Origin: Lysobacter sp.
GTDB taxonomy: Bacteria > Pseudomonadota > Gammaproteobacteria > Xanthomonadales > Xanthomonadaceae
Assembly: GCA_036525015.1 (NCBI GenBank)
Contig: DATDBD010000149.1
Span: 1-62,568, forward strand
DNA length: 62,568 bases
Direction of reading: 5' to 3'
The notes below the pieces were generated by a model. It saw only the letters and a list, made by a program, of their open reading frames with translations, had not been told where the DNA came from and made no database searches. Position numbers and translations under genes: made by a program. Below, piece after piece: positions 19,802 through 31,563 of the stretch (positions are counted from its first letter, which is position 1; each line of letters starts with the position of its first letter).

Positions 19802-20619
19802 GAAACCTCCGTGCCGAATGCGGGATGCTCGGCGGCCAATCGGCGTTGCAGTTCCATTACCTGCGGATGCGTCCGCCATGAGCGCGCGCCCAGTCGCGCC
19901 ACCGGCAGGATACCCCGCACGGCATTGCACAGGAAAACCGCGTCAGCCGCTTCGACATCGGTCACAGCCAGGCGCGACTGAGCGGCATCCAGCGCCGCCA
20001 GGGCCCAGGCGCGGCAGACGCCGGCGATTCCGCAGCGATCGACCAGCGGTGTCTTCCAGGTGCCTTCGTACAGGACGAATACGTTGGCAGCGGTGGCGCT
20101 GACCACGTCGCCGTCGGCGCTGCGCAGCAGGCCTTCATGCACCGTCGGATCGTCCCATTCGCTACGCGCCAGGACCTGCTCGAGCCGGTTGCAGTGCTTG
20201 ATGCCGGCCAATGCCGGCTGCATCGCCAGCCGCGTGTCGCACCAGCGCAGCGCCAGCCCCGATGCCGGCGCCGGCGGCGGCAGCGGATGCTTCGACAGGG
20301 TCCAATGGGGCTCGGCATCGGTTGGCGCGGCATAACCGCGTCCGCCAGCGCCCCGGGTGACGATCAGCTTGAGCACGCCGTCGCCGCTTTCGAGCAGGCG
20401 TTCGCCTTCGACGCGGACGAGATTCTCGTCCGGTAGCGCCAGCCGTAGTGCCTGAGCACCGCGCCGGAGCCGCTGCCAATGGGGCACCCACCACGGCACG
20501 CCTCCGCGGAAGGCACGCATGGTTTCGAACAGGCCATCGCCATAGGCCAACCCGCGATCGTGGTCGGGCAACGTATCGACCCGGCGATTGCCCGCGAAGT
20601 AGCGGATCGACGATGTCAC
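19798..20619 (-). CDS. pabC: Aminodeoxychorismate lyase
   Basis: DRGLAYGDGLFETMR, GIKHCNRLEQV (PLP Lys); GTG start overlapping the upstream stop. Confidence 0.92.
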   Translation of the reverse strand: MTSSIRYFAGNRRVDTLPDHDRGLAYGDGLFETMRAFRGGVPWWVPHWQRLRRGAQALRLALPDENLVRVEGERLLESGDGVLKLIVTRGAGGRGYAAPTDAEPHWTLSKHPLPPPAPASGLALRWCDTRLAMQPALAGIKHCNRLEQVLARSEWDDPTVHEGLLRSADGDVVSATAANVFVLYEGTWKTPLVDRCGIAGVCRAWALAALDAAQSRLAVTDVEAADAVFLCNAVRGILPVARLGARSWRTHPQVMELQRRLAAEHPAFGTEVS

Positions 20620-21986
20620 CCGGCCACTCCCAGCGCGCGCAGCATGCCGCGCGCCTTGGCTCGGGTTTCGTCGAGCTCGCGCTCGGGAACCGAGTCGAAC
20701 ACGATGCCGGCGCCGGTGCGGAAGCGCAGCACGTCGCCTTCGTCGGTGTTTCTTTCCAGTTCCGCGCTGCGGATCAGGATGTTCAGGTCGAGGTCGCCGT
20801 CGCGATTGAGCCAGCCCATCGCACCGGTGTACGCGCCGCGGCCGACGCTTTCCAGCTCGGCGATGATCTGCATGCACCTTACTTTGGGGCAGCCGGTGAT
20901 GGTGCCGCCCGGAAACACGGCGCGGATCAGCTGCCCCGGCGTCGCATCGGATCGCAGTCGACCGCGCACGTTGCTGACGATGTGGTGCACGTGCGCATAA
21001 CTCTCCACCGTCATCAACTCGTCGACCTCGACGGTTCCCGGCATGCAGACGCGGCCGAGATCGTTGCGTTCCAGGTCGATCAGCATCACATGCTCGGCAC
21101 GCTCTTTCGGATGTCCGACCAGTTCCTGGATGCGCGCGGCATCGTCATCGCCGGCGAAGCGCGCCCGCGTGCCGGCGATCGGCCGGGTTTCAACCACATC
21201 GCCTCGCACCGACACCAAGCGCTCGGGCGAGGCGCTGACCACCGCCCAGTCTTCGCTGGCGAACACACCCGCGAACGGCGCCGGGTTGTTCTCGCGCAGG
21301 CGCTGGAACAATGCCGCCGGTTCCAGTGGCGCATCGAAACGCGCGCGCCAGCCGCGCGACAGGTTGACCTGGAAGACATCGCCGGCGGCCAGGTAATCCA
21401 ACACGCGCTGCACGCCGTCGAGGTAACGCTGCGGTTCGTCTTCTTCGATCGCGCCCGGTGGCTGCCACGGCGGCAACGACGACAGTCGCGCGGCCGTTTC
21501 CGCATCACCCAGCACTTGCCGCAGCAGTGCCTCATGCTGCGGCTCGGCCACTACCACGCAGTCGCCGGTGGTGTGATCTCGCAGCACCGCCGCCGGGCAA
21601 CGCAGTGCCAATGCCACCGGCAGGCCTCCGGCCGCGCGCGGCAATTTCAGCACGGGCTCAACCTGGGCCGCGGCCTCGTATCCCAGCAGCAGCGCCCAGC
21701 CACCACGGAAAGGCCAGCGCGGCTCGTCGCGCGCGACGCGCTGCGCCTGCCAGGCTTCGTCCAGTGCGGTGAAGAAATCCGCCTCGAGCGAGACTCCCTG
21801 CGCATCGCGCGTGACGCCATCCGCATCCAGGCGAAGCGATTGGCCGCTGCCGACCAGCAGCAGGTCCCAGCGTCCCTGTGCGGTGCCATGCGCGGTGGAT
21901 TCCAGCAGCAGCGGATAGCGCTGCGGCATGAGGCGCTGCAGCGACAGCAGGTCGACCGGCAGCGGCAGGGATCGGGTCAGGAGCAT
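20616..21986 (-). CDS. pabB: Aminodeoxychorismate synthase component I (chorismate-binding family)
   Basis: LLLES, GDVFQVNLS, SASPER, KERAEHVMLIDLERNDL, PGGTITGCPK; coupled to pabC. Confidence 0.85.
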   Translation of the reverse strand: MLLTRSLPLPVDLLSLQRLMPQRYPLLLESTAHGTAQGRWDLLLVGSGQSLRLDADGVTRDAQGVSLEADFFTALDEAWQAQRVARDEPRWPFRGGWALLLGYEAAAQVEPVLKLPRAAGGLPVALALRCPAAVLRDHTTGDCVVVAEPQHEALLRQVLGDAETAARLSSLPPWQPPGAIEEDEPQRYLDGVQRVLDYLAAGDVFQVNLSRGWRARFDAPLEPAALFQRLRENNPAPFAGVFASEDWAVVSASPERLVSVRGDVVETRPIAGTRARFAGDDDAARIQELVGHPKERAEHVMLIDLERNDLGRVCMPGTVEVDELMTVESYAHVHHIVSNVRGRLRSDATPGQLIRAVFPGGTITGCPKVRCMQIIAELESVGRGAYTGAMGWLNRDGDLDLNILIRSAELERNTDEGDVLRFRTGAGIVFDSVPERELDETRAKARGMLRALGVAG

Positions 21987-22050
21987 GGCGTATTAGACCG
22001 CGTTTCGGGCGATCGTCGGGGCTGGAAGGAATCGCGATTCCCGCAAACGA

Positions 22051-22074
22051 CGATCCCCGCCGCAGCGGGGATCG
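22051..22074. repeat. Palindrome CGATCCCCGC-CGCA-GCGGGGATCG downstream of fabF (REP-A-like or terminator)
   Basis: Perfect 10-bp stem; similar core to 50-76. Confidence 0.55.
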
Positions 22075-22098
22075 TTTCGGGACCGCTTTGATCGACTG

Positions 22099-23352
<1,254 letters not shown>

Positions 23353-23400
23353 GGAACACTCCATCTACGAACACTACGCCGGCGTACTGGCCGGCCGATA

Positions 23401-23426
23401 AAACGCGGGGCCGCAATAGCGGCCCC
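23401..23426 (-). terminator. Rho-independent terminator after acpP
   Basis: GGGGCCGC stem, 4-nt loop, followed by GCGTTTT on the minus strand. Confidence 0.6.
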
Positions 23427-23479
23427 GGTTTGACTTTCTGGAAGCACGTCGGCCGTGAAGACCCGCTCCCGTCAGGCGC

Positions 23480-23719
23480 TTACGACTTGACGTGCGACTT
23501 GACGTAGTCGATTGCCTGCTGCACCGAGGTGATCTTCTCGGCTTCCTCGTCCGGAATCTCGCACTCGAACTCTTCTTCGAGGGCCATCACCAGCTCGACG
23601 GTGTCGAGCGAGTCAGCGCCGAGATCGTCGACGAACGAAGCGTTGTTGGTGACTTCTTCTTCTTTAACGCCAAGCTGTTCGACTACGATCTTCTTGACGC
23701 GCTCTTCGATGCTGCTCAT
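23480..23719 (-). CDS. acpP: Acyl carrier protein
   Basis: [14 protein letters not shown] phosphopantetheine site. Confidence 0.98.
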   Translation of the reverse strand: MSSIEERVKKIVVEQLGVKEEEVTNNASFVDDLGADSLDTVELVMALEEEFECEIPDEEAEKITSVQQAIDYVKSHVKS

Positions 23720-23849
23720 GGGTTCTCACTCCTCCCGGGACGGGATATTCGACGAAATAGTCTAATGGAAACAACAGACTTGGCGAGCATACGCCAAAGC
23801 CCTTTGGGTTCAAGTGGTTAGGGCCGCTTACCGCCGGCCCCGGGCCGCC

Positions 23850-24599
23850 TCAGGGCATGTACATGCCGCCGTTGACGTGCAGGGTCTCGCCGGTGATGTA
23901 GGCCGCCGACGGGCCGGCCAGGAAGGCCACCGCGCGGGCGATATCGGCCGGCTCGCCGAAACGGCCAAGCGCGATCTGCCCGAGCATCGCGTTCTTGGCG
24001 TCTTCCGGAAGCGCCTTGGTCATGTCGGTGTCGATGAAACCCGGCGCGACCACGTTGACGGTGACGCCGCGACTGCCGATCTCCTTCGCTAGCGACTTGC
24101 TGAAGGCGATGATGCCGGCCTTGGCCGCCGCATAGTTGGCCTGGCCGGCATTGCCGGTCACGCCGATCACCGAGGCGATGTTGATGATGCGGCCCTTGCG
24201 CGCCTTCATCATCGAGCGTATCACCGCCTTGCTGCTGCGGTAGACGCTGGTGAGGTTGGTGTCGAGGATGGCCTGCCAGTCTTCGTCCTTCATCCGCATC
24301 AACAGGTTGTCGCGCGTGATGCCGGCATTGTTGACCAGGATCGAGATCGGGCCGATCTCCTTGCCGATGCTCTCGATCAGCGCGCCGATCGAAGCGCCGT
24401 CGCCGACGTCGAGGACGCGGCCATGGCCGCCATGCGCGGCCAGGCGTTCGCCGATCGCCTTGGCGCCGGCCTCGGAGGTGGCCGTGCCGATGACGGTCGC
24501 GCCCTGCGCCGCCAGTTCGTCGGCGATGGCGGCGCCGATGCCGCGGCTGGCGCCAGTGACCAAGGCGACCTCGCCCTTCAATACGTCATGGTGACTCAT
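23850..24599 (-). CDS. fabG: 3-oxoacyl-ACP reductase
   Basis: TGASRGIG, NNAGITRD, YAAAK; ATGA overlap with fabD. Confidence 0.96.
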   Translation of the reverse strand: MSHHDVLKGEVALVTGASRGIGAAIADELAAQGATVIGTATSEAGAKAIGERLAAHGGHGRVLDVGDGASIGALIESIGKEIGPISILVNNAGITRDNLLMRMKDEDWQAILDTNLTSVYRSSKAVIRSMMKARKGRIINIASVIGVTGNAGQANYAAAKAGIIAFSKSLAKEIGSRGVTVNVVAPGFIDTDMTKALPEDAKNAMLGQIALGRFGEPADIARAVAFLAGPSAAYITGETLHVNGGMYMP

Positions 24600-25552
24600 G
24601 CGTTCTTCCATTCTTCGATAGCGGTTTCGAACTCGCCCGGCGTGCCGAGTGCACGCGCGTCGAGCGACTTGTCGATGCGCTTGACCAGACCGGCCAGGAC
24701 CTTGCCCGGGCCGCATTCGGCAATGCGCGTGACGCCGCGTGACGCCAGCGCCTGCACACAACCAGTCCACTGCACCGGCAGGTACAGTTGGCGCACCAGC
24801 GCATCGCAAATCGCATTGGTGCTGTCATGGGTGCGCGCATCGACGTTCTGCACGACCGGCAATTTGGGGGCGTGCCAAGCCAGGCCGGCCATCGCTTCGG
24901 CCAAGCGATTGGCGGCGTCACGCATCAGCGGCGTGTGCGAGGGCACGCTCACCGCCAGTTTGACCGTCTTGCGCACGCCGCGCTCGGCGAGCATCGCCAG
25001 CGCCTGGTCGACCGCGGCCGCATGGCCGCCGATCACGATCTGGCCCGGCGAGTTGTAGTTGGCAGGCACCACGACCTCACTGCCGGAAACCGCCGCGCAG
25101 ACTTCCTGCACCAGCGCGTCCTCGGCGCCGAGCACGGCCGCCATCGCACCGGTGCCGGCGGGCGCAGCATCCTGCATCAATTGGCCGCGCAGGCGCACCA
25201 GATGCGCACCGTCCTTCAGCGACAACGCACCGGCCGCGACCAGCGCGGTGTATTCGCCCAGGCTGTGCCCGGCCAGCACCGACGGCTGCGAACCGCCGCG
25301 TTGCTGCCACAGGCGCCACACCGCCACGCCCGCGGCAAGCAGCGCCGGCTGGGTGTATTCGGTGCGGTTGAGCATTTCCTCGGGACCACCCTGGCTCAGC
25401 GCCCACAAGTCGGCACCGGCGCCGTCGCTGGCTTCAGCGAAGGTCTCGCGCACCTGCGGATGCAGCTCGGCCAGCTCGGCCAGCATGCCCAGCGATTGCG
25501 AGCCCTGGCCGGGAAAAACCAATGCCAGCTGCGCGGAGGATGAATCGGTCAC
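24596..25552 (-). CDS. fabD: Malonyl-CoA:ACP transacylase
   Basis: FPGQGSQ, GHSLGEY, VSVPSH. Confidence 0.96.
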   Translation of the reverse strand: MTDSSSAQLALVFPGQGSQSLGMLAELAELHPQVRETFAEASDGAGADLWALSQGGPEEMLNRTEYTQPALLAAGVAVWRLWQQRGGSQPSVLAGHSLGEYTALVAAGALSLKDGAHLVRLRGQLMQDAAPAGTGAMAAVLGAEDALVQEVCAAVSGSEVVVPANYNSPGQIVIGGHAAAVDQALAMLAERGVRKTVKLAVSVPSHTPLMRDAANRLAEAMAGLAWHAPKLPVVQNVDARTHDSTNAICDALVRQLYLPVQWTGCVQALASRGVTRIAECGPGKVLAGLVKRIDKSLDARALGTPGEFETAIEEWKNA

Positions 25553-25642
25553 GCGTGAATCCCTGCGAAAAGAGTGCGCATGATACGAGTGTTTGCTCTA
25601 GGTCGTCTGTACCGGCACGTACTGTGGCCGGGCCGGTGTCGC

Positions 25643-25679
25643 AAAAATGAAACGCCCCCGCCGTTGCCGGCGGAGGCGT
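25643..25679 (-). terminator. Terminator-like hairpin after fabH
   Basis: ACGCCTCCGCCG/CGGCGGGGGCGT stem followed by a T-rich tail on the minus strand. Confidence 0.55.
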
Positions 25680-25700
25680 CGCATGGTTTGACTCGCGGAC

Positions 25701-26699
25701 TCAGTAGCGCAGCAGCGCCGAGCCCCAGGTAAAGCCGCCACCGAAAGCCTCCAACAGCAGCAATTGGCCGCGCTGGACCTTGCCTGTACGGACCGCTTCG
25801 TCCAGCGCCAGCGGCACCGAGCCGGAGGAGGTGTTGCCGTGCCTGTCGACGGTGACCACGACGCGATCCATCGGCATGTCCAGGCGCTTGGCCGTGGCTT
25901 CGATGATGCGCAGGTTGGCCTGGTGCGGGATCAGCCAATCGATCTCGTGGCGATCCAGGCCGTTGGCTTCCAGCGCTTCCTCGACGACCGAGTCGAGCGC
26001 CTTGACCGCATGTTTGAATACCTCGTTGCCGGTCATCAGCACGCGCACGCCGGCGTTGTGTTCTTCCGGCTTGAAGCCGACCGATACGCCGACGGGGTTC
26101 CACAGCAGTTCCTTCTTGGCGCCATCAGCGTGCATGTGCGTGCTGAGGATGCCGGTCTCGGTATCGGCCTTCAGCACAACTGCGCCCGCACCATCGCCGA
26201 ACAGCACGCAGGTCGCGCGATCGCTCCAGTCGAGCATGCGGGTCAACGTCTCCGCGCCGACGACCAGCACCGTCTTGGCAGCGCCGGAGCGGATGAATTT
26301 GTCGGCAACCGTCAGCGCGTAGATGAAGCCCGAACAGGCGGCATTGACGTCGAACGCGGGGCAGCCAGCGGCACCGAGGCGGTGCTGCAGCAGGCAGGCG
26401 GTCGAGGGAAAGATGAGGTCCGGGGTGGTCGTGCCGACCACGATCAGGTCGATCTCCTGGGCCGTGATGCCGGCCGCTTCCAGCGCGCGCGTCGCCGCGT
26501 GGAACGCGAGGTCGCTGGTGGTTTCGCCTTCGGCGGCGATGTGACGCTCGCGGATGCCGGTACGGGCCGCGATCCATTCGTCATTGGTATCGACGATCTT
26601 GGCCAGATCGTCGTTGGTCAGCACTTTTTCCGGCAGGTAGCTGCCGGTGCCCGCGATACGGGCAAACACCTGTGAACCTGAAGCCGCCTGCTCAGTCAT
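25701..26699 (-). CDS. fabH: Beta-ketoacyl-ACP synthase III
   Basis: GTGSYLP, AACSGF, PHQAN, GNTSS; GGAG RBS before MTEQ. Confidence 0.96.
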   Translation of the reverse strand: MTEQAASGSQVFARIAGTGSYLPEKVLTNDDLAKIVDTNDEWIAARTGIRERHIAAEGETTSDLAFHAATRALEAAGITAQEIDLIVVGTTTPDLIFPSTACLLQHRLGAAGCPAFDVNAACSGFIYALTVADKFIRSGAAKTVLVVGAETLTRMLDWSDRATCVLFGDGAGAVVLKADTETGILSTHMHADGAKKELLWNPVGVSVGFKPEEHNAGVRVLMTGNEVFKHAVKALDSVVEEALEANGLDRHEIDWLIPHQANLRIIEATAKRLDMPMDRVVVTVDRHGNTSSGSVPLALDEAVRTGKVQRGQLLLLEAFGGGFTWGSALLRY

Positions 26700-26848
26700 C
26701 TCCACTCCGCTGCGAAACCGTTGCCAAGGCCCGCCTCGTGAAGTGGACGGGATACCTCGCCGCACAGCGGCCGTGGATCCGGATTGTCAGATCAGCGGCA
26801 GCCCGCGCACCGCACGAAGGCAGCGCGCGGCGCGGCAGGACGCGAAGA

Positions 26849-27043
26849 TTACTCTTCGTCGACGACCTTGGTCTGGGTATCGATCACCTTCTTGCCACGG
26901 TAGTAGCCGTCGGCGGTGACGTGGTGACGCAGATGGGTCTCGCCCGTGGTCGGGTCGGTCGCCAGCTGCTTGGCGCTCAGCGCATCGTGCGAACGGCGCA
27001 TGCCGCGCTTGGACGGGGAAACGCGGGACTTCTGAACAGCCAT
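26849..27043 (-). CDS. rpmF: 50S ribosomal protein L32
   Basis: [33 protein letters not shown] (cysteine-free type). Confidence 0.96.
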   Translation of the reverse strand: MAVQKSRVSPSKRGMRRSHDALSAKQLATDPTTGETHLRHHVTADGYYRGKKVIDTQTKVVDEE

Positions 27044-27105
27044 GGTCTTGCTCCAAGGAAACTGAAAACGAATTCGTGAAAGCGCGAAAATTAAAACCGC
27101 GAAAA

Positions 27106-27615
27106 CTATTTTTTGTGCTTCAACGCCGCCAGGGCGGCGAACGGGTTGGCGCGCTCCTGCTCGGCTTCGTCGGCCGGCCAATCGCGTTCCATCGCATCCG
27201 TGCCAGGCGCCATCGGCACGACCGGGATGGCGAGGATCAGTTCATCCTCGACCAGCTCGGAAGGCCGCAGCATGCCGTCTTCCGGCACCAGCAGCGGTTC
27301 GTAACCCGGCGGCAGCGCAGCCTCGTCCGCTTCATCGCGTATGAGACCGAGCCGCTGCACGATGTTCACCGGCAACAGGAACCGTTCCAGGCTGCGCTGG
27401 CATACCAGCGGCAGTCCGGCTTCGATGCGCAACTCGACGTAGGGCACCTGCAGTTCATCGCGATCGAAATCGAGCGCGAAGCGCACCTCACCTTCCGTAT
27501 CGAGCAGGCTGTCCCGCAGCCGCGTCAGCGCGGACAACGGCAGGCGGCCTTCTACACCGCGCCGGGCCGTGACCATGCGCCAAGCATCGAGCATCTCGGG
27601 CAGGTGCGCTGACAT
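27106..27615 (-). CDS. yceD: YceD/DUF177 family protein
   Basis: [25 protein letters not shown]; upstream of rpmF. Confidence 0.92.
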   Translation of the reverse strand: MSAHLPEMLDAWRMVTARRGVEGRLPLSALTRLRDSLLDTEGEVRFALDFDRDELQVPYVELRIEAGLPLVCQRSLERFLLPVNIVQRLGLIRDEADEAALPPGYEPLLVPEDGMLRPSELVEDELILAIPVVPMAPGTDAMERDWPADEAEQERANPFAALAALKHKK

Positions 27616-27625
27616 AAGCCGGAGA

Positions 27626-27654
27626 ATGCTACGGGCCGTGGCCGCCCCTGTCAA
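27626..27654 (-). promoter_or_regulatory. sigma70 promoter of yceD-rpmF
   Basis: TTGACA-N17-TAGCAT, 10 nt before the ATG. Confidence 0.75.
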
Positions 27655-27741
27655 ACCTAAGCCCCTGTCTGCGCGGGGATTTGGCGACGGCGACCGGAAG
27701 CGTTCAGACTGGAGCCTTCCTTCCCTGCCCTGTACCGCGCC

Positions 27742-28104
27742 GTGTCTGACTCCCTGCTCCTCCTGCTTCTCGCCATTGTGGCCCTTGCCGCCGCCTTGGC
27801 CCTGCGGCGTCGGCCGAACCCGCATGAGCGTGCAGTCCGCGAGGTACTGGACGCCGCCGACGCCCTGGAGGCGCGGCTGCGGGCCGCCCGGGCCGAAATC
27901 GAGGCCATTGCCGGCGATCGGGGCGAGGACCCCGTCGGAGAGGCCATGCGCGAGATGCTGCGCCAGCGCCTGTGGCTGCGCGATCACGGCCGCGACGCCT
28001 CGCTGGCGCAACTGGCCGAGGTGCGAAGCTCGATCGACGCTGCCCGCGGCCGGATCGAGCAACAGCTCATCCGTATCGAGCGCGCCCGCGCTCCGATGGC
28101 CTGA
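27742..28104 (+). CDS. Hypothetical membrane-anchored helical protein
   Basis: N-terminal TM (LLLLLLAIVALAAALAL) followed by RRR, helical body; ends 10 nt before maf. Confidence 0.7.
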   Translation: MSDSLLLLLLAIVALAAALALRRRPNPHERAVREVLDAADALEARLRAARAEIEAIAGDRGEDPVGEAMREMLRQRLWLRDHGRDASLAQLAEVRSSIDAARGRIEQQLIRIERARAPMA

Positions 28105-28114
28105 TCGCTCATTC

Positions 28115-28690
28115 ATGTCGCTCCTGATCCTGGCCTCGACCTCTCGATATCGCCGCGAGTTGCTGAACCGGCTCGGCCTGCCTTTCGATACGGCGCGTCC
28201 GGATACCGATGAGACCCCGCTGTCGGGCGAAACGCCTCTCGCCATGGCCACACGGCTGTCGTCCGCCAAGGCCGAAGCGGTCGCTTTGCTGAATCCGCAG
28301 GCCTGGGTCATCGGCTCGGACCAGGTGGCGGAATTCGACGGAGGCACGCTCGGCAAACCTGGCGGCCGCGAGGCTGCCATCGCACAACTCAGTGCGATGG
28401 CCGGGCGCAGCGTGCGATTTCGCACCGGCATTTGCCTGGCGCGCGCCGGACGGACGCCGTTGCAGGCCCTGGACACGACGACCGTACGCTTCCGCGCGCT
28501 GGCCCCAGACGAGATAGCCCGCTACGTCGATGCCGAACAACCTTTCGACTGCGCCGGCAGTTTCAAGTCGGAGGGCCTTGGCATCACGCTGTTCGAGGCG
28601 ATCGATTCGCAGGACCCGACGGCACTGATCGGGTTGCCGCTGATCGCGACCGCGCGACTGCTGCGCGAAGCAGGCTTCACCCTTCCCTAG
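28115..28690 (+). CDS. maf: Maf-family nucleotide pyrophosphatase (YceF-like)
   Basis: LILASTSRYRRELL, GSDQVA, LGKPG, DCAGSFKSEGLG, LIGLPL. Confidence 0.92.
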   Translation: MSLLILASTSRYRRELLNRLGLPFDTARPDTDETPLSGETPLAMATRLSSAKAEAVALLNPQAWVIGSDQVAEFDGGTLGKPGGREAAIAQLSAMAGRSVRFRTGICLARAGRTPLQALDTTTVRFRALAPDEIARYVDAEQPFDCAGSFKSEGLGITLFEAIDSQDPTALIGLPLIATARLLREAGFTLP

Positions 28691-28714
28691 CCGAGACCTT
28701 ACGGGTCCGCGAAT

Positions 28715-30562
28715 TCATCGGACTTCTATCGGTTGCTCGGACCAGTCCTCGACGCTGCCATCGCGCGAGTGCAGGCGCAGACCCAGCCAATGGCGCCCAG
28801 CGGCCTGCGCAGGCAATTCGACCTGCAACGCGAATCCCACGCGCGGATGCTGCGGATCGTTGCTGATCTTCCAGTAAATCTGCACACCGGGAGATTCGCG
28901 CCCATAGGCGACCGGCGCGATCACTTTGCCGTCCAGCATCACTTCGACGCGATCCAGGCCGACGCCGTCCTTGAAGGCCCAGCCGCTCAACTCGAAGCGC
29001 CGCGGCACCCGCGCACCGCTCACCGGCGTGTCGATCCACGCCATCGCCGGCGCAGTGCATTCGCCCGATACCGCCGAATTCGGCTGGTCCAGCGCGAACA
29101 ACAGGAACCGCTGCCGTCCATGATCGATGTTCAGCACACGCGGCGGCGGCAGCGGGCCGACCATCGCGCATAAGGCGTGGTAACGCGCAAGCAGGTTCTT
29201 GTACTCCACTTCACTGGCGCCGACGACCAGCAATACCGGCGCGGCGGCCCAATCTTCGCGGCCGCGTGTCTGCAAGCCCCATAACTTCAACTGCGGGGCG
29301 CGCCCGTGCTTGTGGTTGAGCGGATGGTCGAGCACCGGAATGTTGGCATCGCCCAGCGCGAAACCGAGTTCGGCGGCAATCTTGAAGTTGTCGGCCACCA
29401 CGCGGGTTCCCGCCGGCATCGACGCAAGCTGCTTGCGCACCGCTCCGGCCAATGGGTTCCAACCGGCGAAGTTGGCCGGATACCACTTCTGCGCCGCACT
29501 GCGTGCGCGAACGTCCGGCCGTGACACCGCAACGTAGTAGCCAAGGAACACGACCAATCCCGCTGCCGCCGTCCACCACGTCACGCGACGCAGGGTGCGA
29601 GGCCACGTGGCCAGCATCGCCGGCAGCAGGGGCAGCAGGGCCAGGTAACCTGGCATGGGCCAATGGAAGCTGACCCGCTCGGTATCGGCGAAGAAGCCGA
29701 GCCCGAAGAATCCCAGCACCACTCCGCCACCCAGCATCGCGAAATAGCGTGCGGCGGGAATGACGCCATCGCGATCGCGCCAGCCGGCGACCATCAGCGC
29801 CACGAACAACGGCGGCGTCACCAGCAAGGCCTGGATCACGACGAACCACAGGCCGTCGACGTGGAATGCCCAGGGATGCCGATCGACGAGCTGGAAACGC
29901 AGGCCGGCATCGGCGTTGTCGAAGTTCCACGCGACCAGCGGCACCCACGCCGAGGCGCCGATGGCGATCGCGATCCAGACCCGCACGTCGCGCAGCGCGC
30001 GCCTGCCTTCGGGCATGGCGAGCAAAGCAAGGAATCCGACGCCGATCACGGCGATGAAGCGGTAGTGGCTCAACGCACCGAGTGCGAGGCCGGCGGCCAG
30101 TTCCAGCGACGAGGACGCGCGCACTTCGCGCAGCAGGCGCGCGCCGGCATCGATGCACAGCAGGGTCGCCAGCGCCATCGCGGCGTCGGGCAATGCCATC
30201 AGCCCCAGCGTGCCGGACAACGGCAACAACAGCGCGAAGCAACCGGCCTGCCAGCCGGCCAGCGCGCCGAATTCGCGTGCGGTGATGCGCACCGTCAGCA
30301 GCGGCACCAACGCGCCGATCAGCAGGAACGGGGAACGCAACGCCAGCGCGCTGTCGCTTCCCCCCAGCCATGTGCCCAGTCGTGTCAGCCAGGCGGTGAG
30401 ACCCGGCAGATCGGAATACGCGGCGGCAAGGTGTTGTCCTTCGAGCCAATAGAAGGCCTCGTCGACAAAAAGAGGCAGCCGCCAGGCGATGGCGAGCTTG
30501 AGCAGCAACACGGCGCCCCAAAGCGTCCAGAACCCGCGTCGCACCCGATCTTCACCACGCAT
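28715..30562 (-). CDS. GT39/ArnT/PMT-like polytopic glycosyltransferase with C-terminal soluble domain
   Basis: LPLFVDEAFYW..L..AY.D.PGL N-terminal motif, multiple TM helices, beta-rich C-terminus. Confidence 0.82.
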   Translation of the reverse strand: MRGEDRVRRGFWTLWGAVLLLKLAIAWRLPLFVDEAFYWLEGQHLAAAYSDLPGLTAWLTRLGTWLGGSDSALALRSPFLLIGALVPLLTVRITAREFGALAGWQAGCFALLLPLSGTLGLMALPDAAMALATLLCIDAGARLLREVRASSSLELAAGLALGALSHYRFIAVIGVGFLALLAMPEGRRALRDVRVWIAIAIGASAWVPLVAWNFDNADAGLRFQLVDRHPWAFHVDGLWFVVIQALLVTPPLFVALMVAGWRDRDGVIPAARYFAMLGGGVVLGFFGLGFFADTERVSFHWPMPGYLALLPLLPAMLATWPRTLRRVTWWTAAAGLVVFLGYYVAVSRPDVRARSAAQKWYPANFAGWNPLAGAVRKQLASMPAGTRVVADNFKIAAELGFALGDANIPVLDHPLNHKHGRAPQLKLWGLQTRGREDWAAAPVLLVVGASEVEYKNLLARYHALCAMVGPLPPPRVLNIDHGRQRFLLFALDQPNSAVSGECTAPAMAWIDTPVSGARVPRRFELSGWAFKDGVGLDRVEVMLDGKVIAPVAYGRESPGVQIYWKISNDPQHPRVGFALQVELPAQAAGRHWLGLRLHSRDGSVEDWSEQPIEVR

Positions 30563-30607
30563 CCGTTCGCTACCTCGCTACACTCTGGCCATCACAGGAG
30601 AGACTCG

Positions 30608-31561
30608 ATGGCAGCATCCCCGTCCGCGCCGGCCATGCTAACCGATGACCTGCGCGCTGCCCTCGATCGGGCACAGAAGCAGGTCAACTCCCTGGTGCTG
30701 GGGAAACCGCACGAAGTCCGCCTGGCCTTCGTCGCGCTGCTGTCGGGTGGGCATCTGCTGATCGAGGACCTGCCCGGACTGGGCAAGACTACCCTCGCTC
30801 ACGCACTGGCCGCCACGCTCGGACTGGAGTTCCAGCGCGTGCAGTTCACCTCCGACCTGTTGCCGGCCGATGTCGTCGGCGTGTCGGTGTTCGACCCGCA
30901 GGCAAGGCGCTTCGAGTTCCATCCTGGTCCGGTATTCACGCAGGTGTTGCTGGCCGACGAGATCAATCGCGCCCCGCCGCGGACACAGAGCGCGCTGTTG
31001 GAATCGATGGCCGAGCACCAGGTCACCGTCGACGGCACCACGCATGCCCTGCCCGAGCCGTTCTTCGTGATCGCCACGCAGAATCCGGTGGACCTGTCCG
31101 GGACTTACCCACTGCCGGATTCGCAACTCGACCGTTTCCAACTTCGTCTCACCCTGGGCTACCCGGGTGATGCCGCCGAGCGCGACCTGCTGGCCGGCGG
31201 CGACCGTCGCGACCTCATCGCCCAGACACTGCCCTCGCTGGGCAGCGACGACGTGATCGCGGCACGCCGGGCCGTGAACGCGGTGCATGCCAGCGACGCA
31301 TTGATCGCCTACGTCCAGAGCCTGCTGGCGCGCAGCCGTCGCCATCCGGGCGTGCGCGTGGGCCTGTCGCCGCGCGCCGGCCTGTCGCTGCTGCATGCCG
31401 CTCGTGCGTACGCATTGCTGCTGGGTCGCACGCATGTGCTGCCCGAGGACGTGCAGGCGCTGTTCGCGCCCGTGGCGGCCCATCGGCTCGTGGCCGACGC
31501 CAATGCCGGCGACGACGCCACGCTGGCCAAGTCGATCCTGCACGCGGTGCCGGTGGACTGA
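30608..31561 (+). CDS. MoxR-family AAA+ ATPase
   Basis: HLLIEDLPGLGKT, FTSDLLPAD, LLADEINR, IATQNP, SPRA; AGGAG RBS. Confidence 0.94.
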   Translation: MAASPSAPAMLTDDLRAALDRAQKQVNSLVLGKPHEVRLAFVALLSGGHLLIEDLPGLGKTTLAHALAATLGLEFQRVQFTSDLLPADVVGVSVFDPQARRFEFHPGPVFTQVLLADEINRAPPRTQSALLESMAEHQVTVDGTTHALPEPFFVIATQNPVDLSGTYPLPDSQLDRFQLRLTLGYPGDAAERDLLAGGDRRDLIAQTLPSLGSDDVIAARRAVNAVHASDALIAYVQSLLARSRRHPGVRVGLSPRAGLSLLHAARAYALLLGRTHVLPEDVQALFAPVAAHRLVADANAGDDATLAKSILHAVPVD

Positions 31562-31563
31562 GC

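Noticed and set aside
27106-31561. Extended track ORFs suggesting fusions (27106-28476, 27569-28690, 29663-31561; likewise 39053-40495)
   Set aside because: The extensions overlap other real genes; family N-termini, RBS and promoters support the shorter starts.
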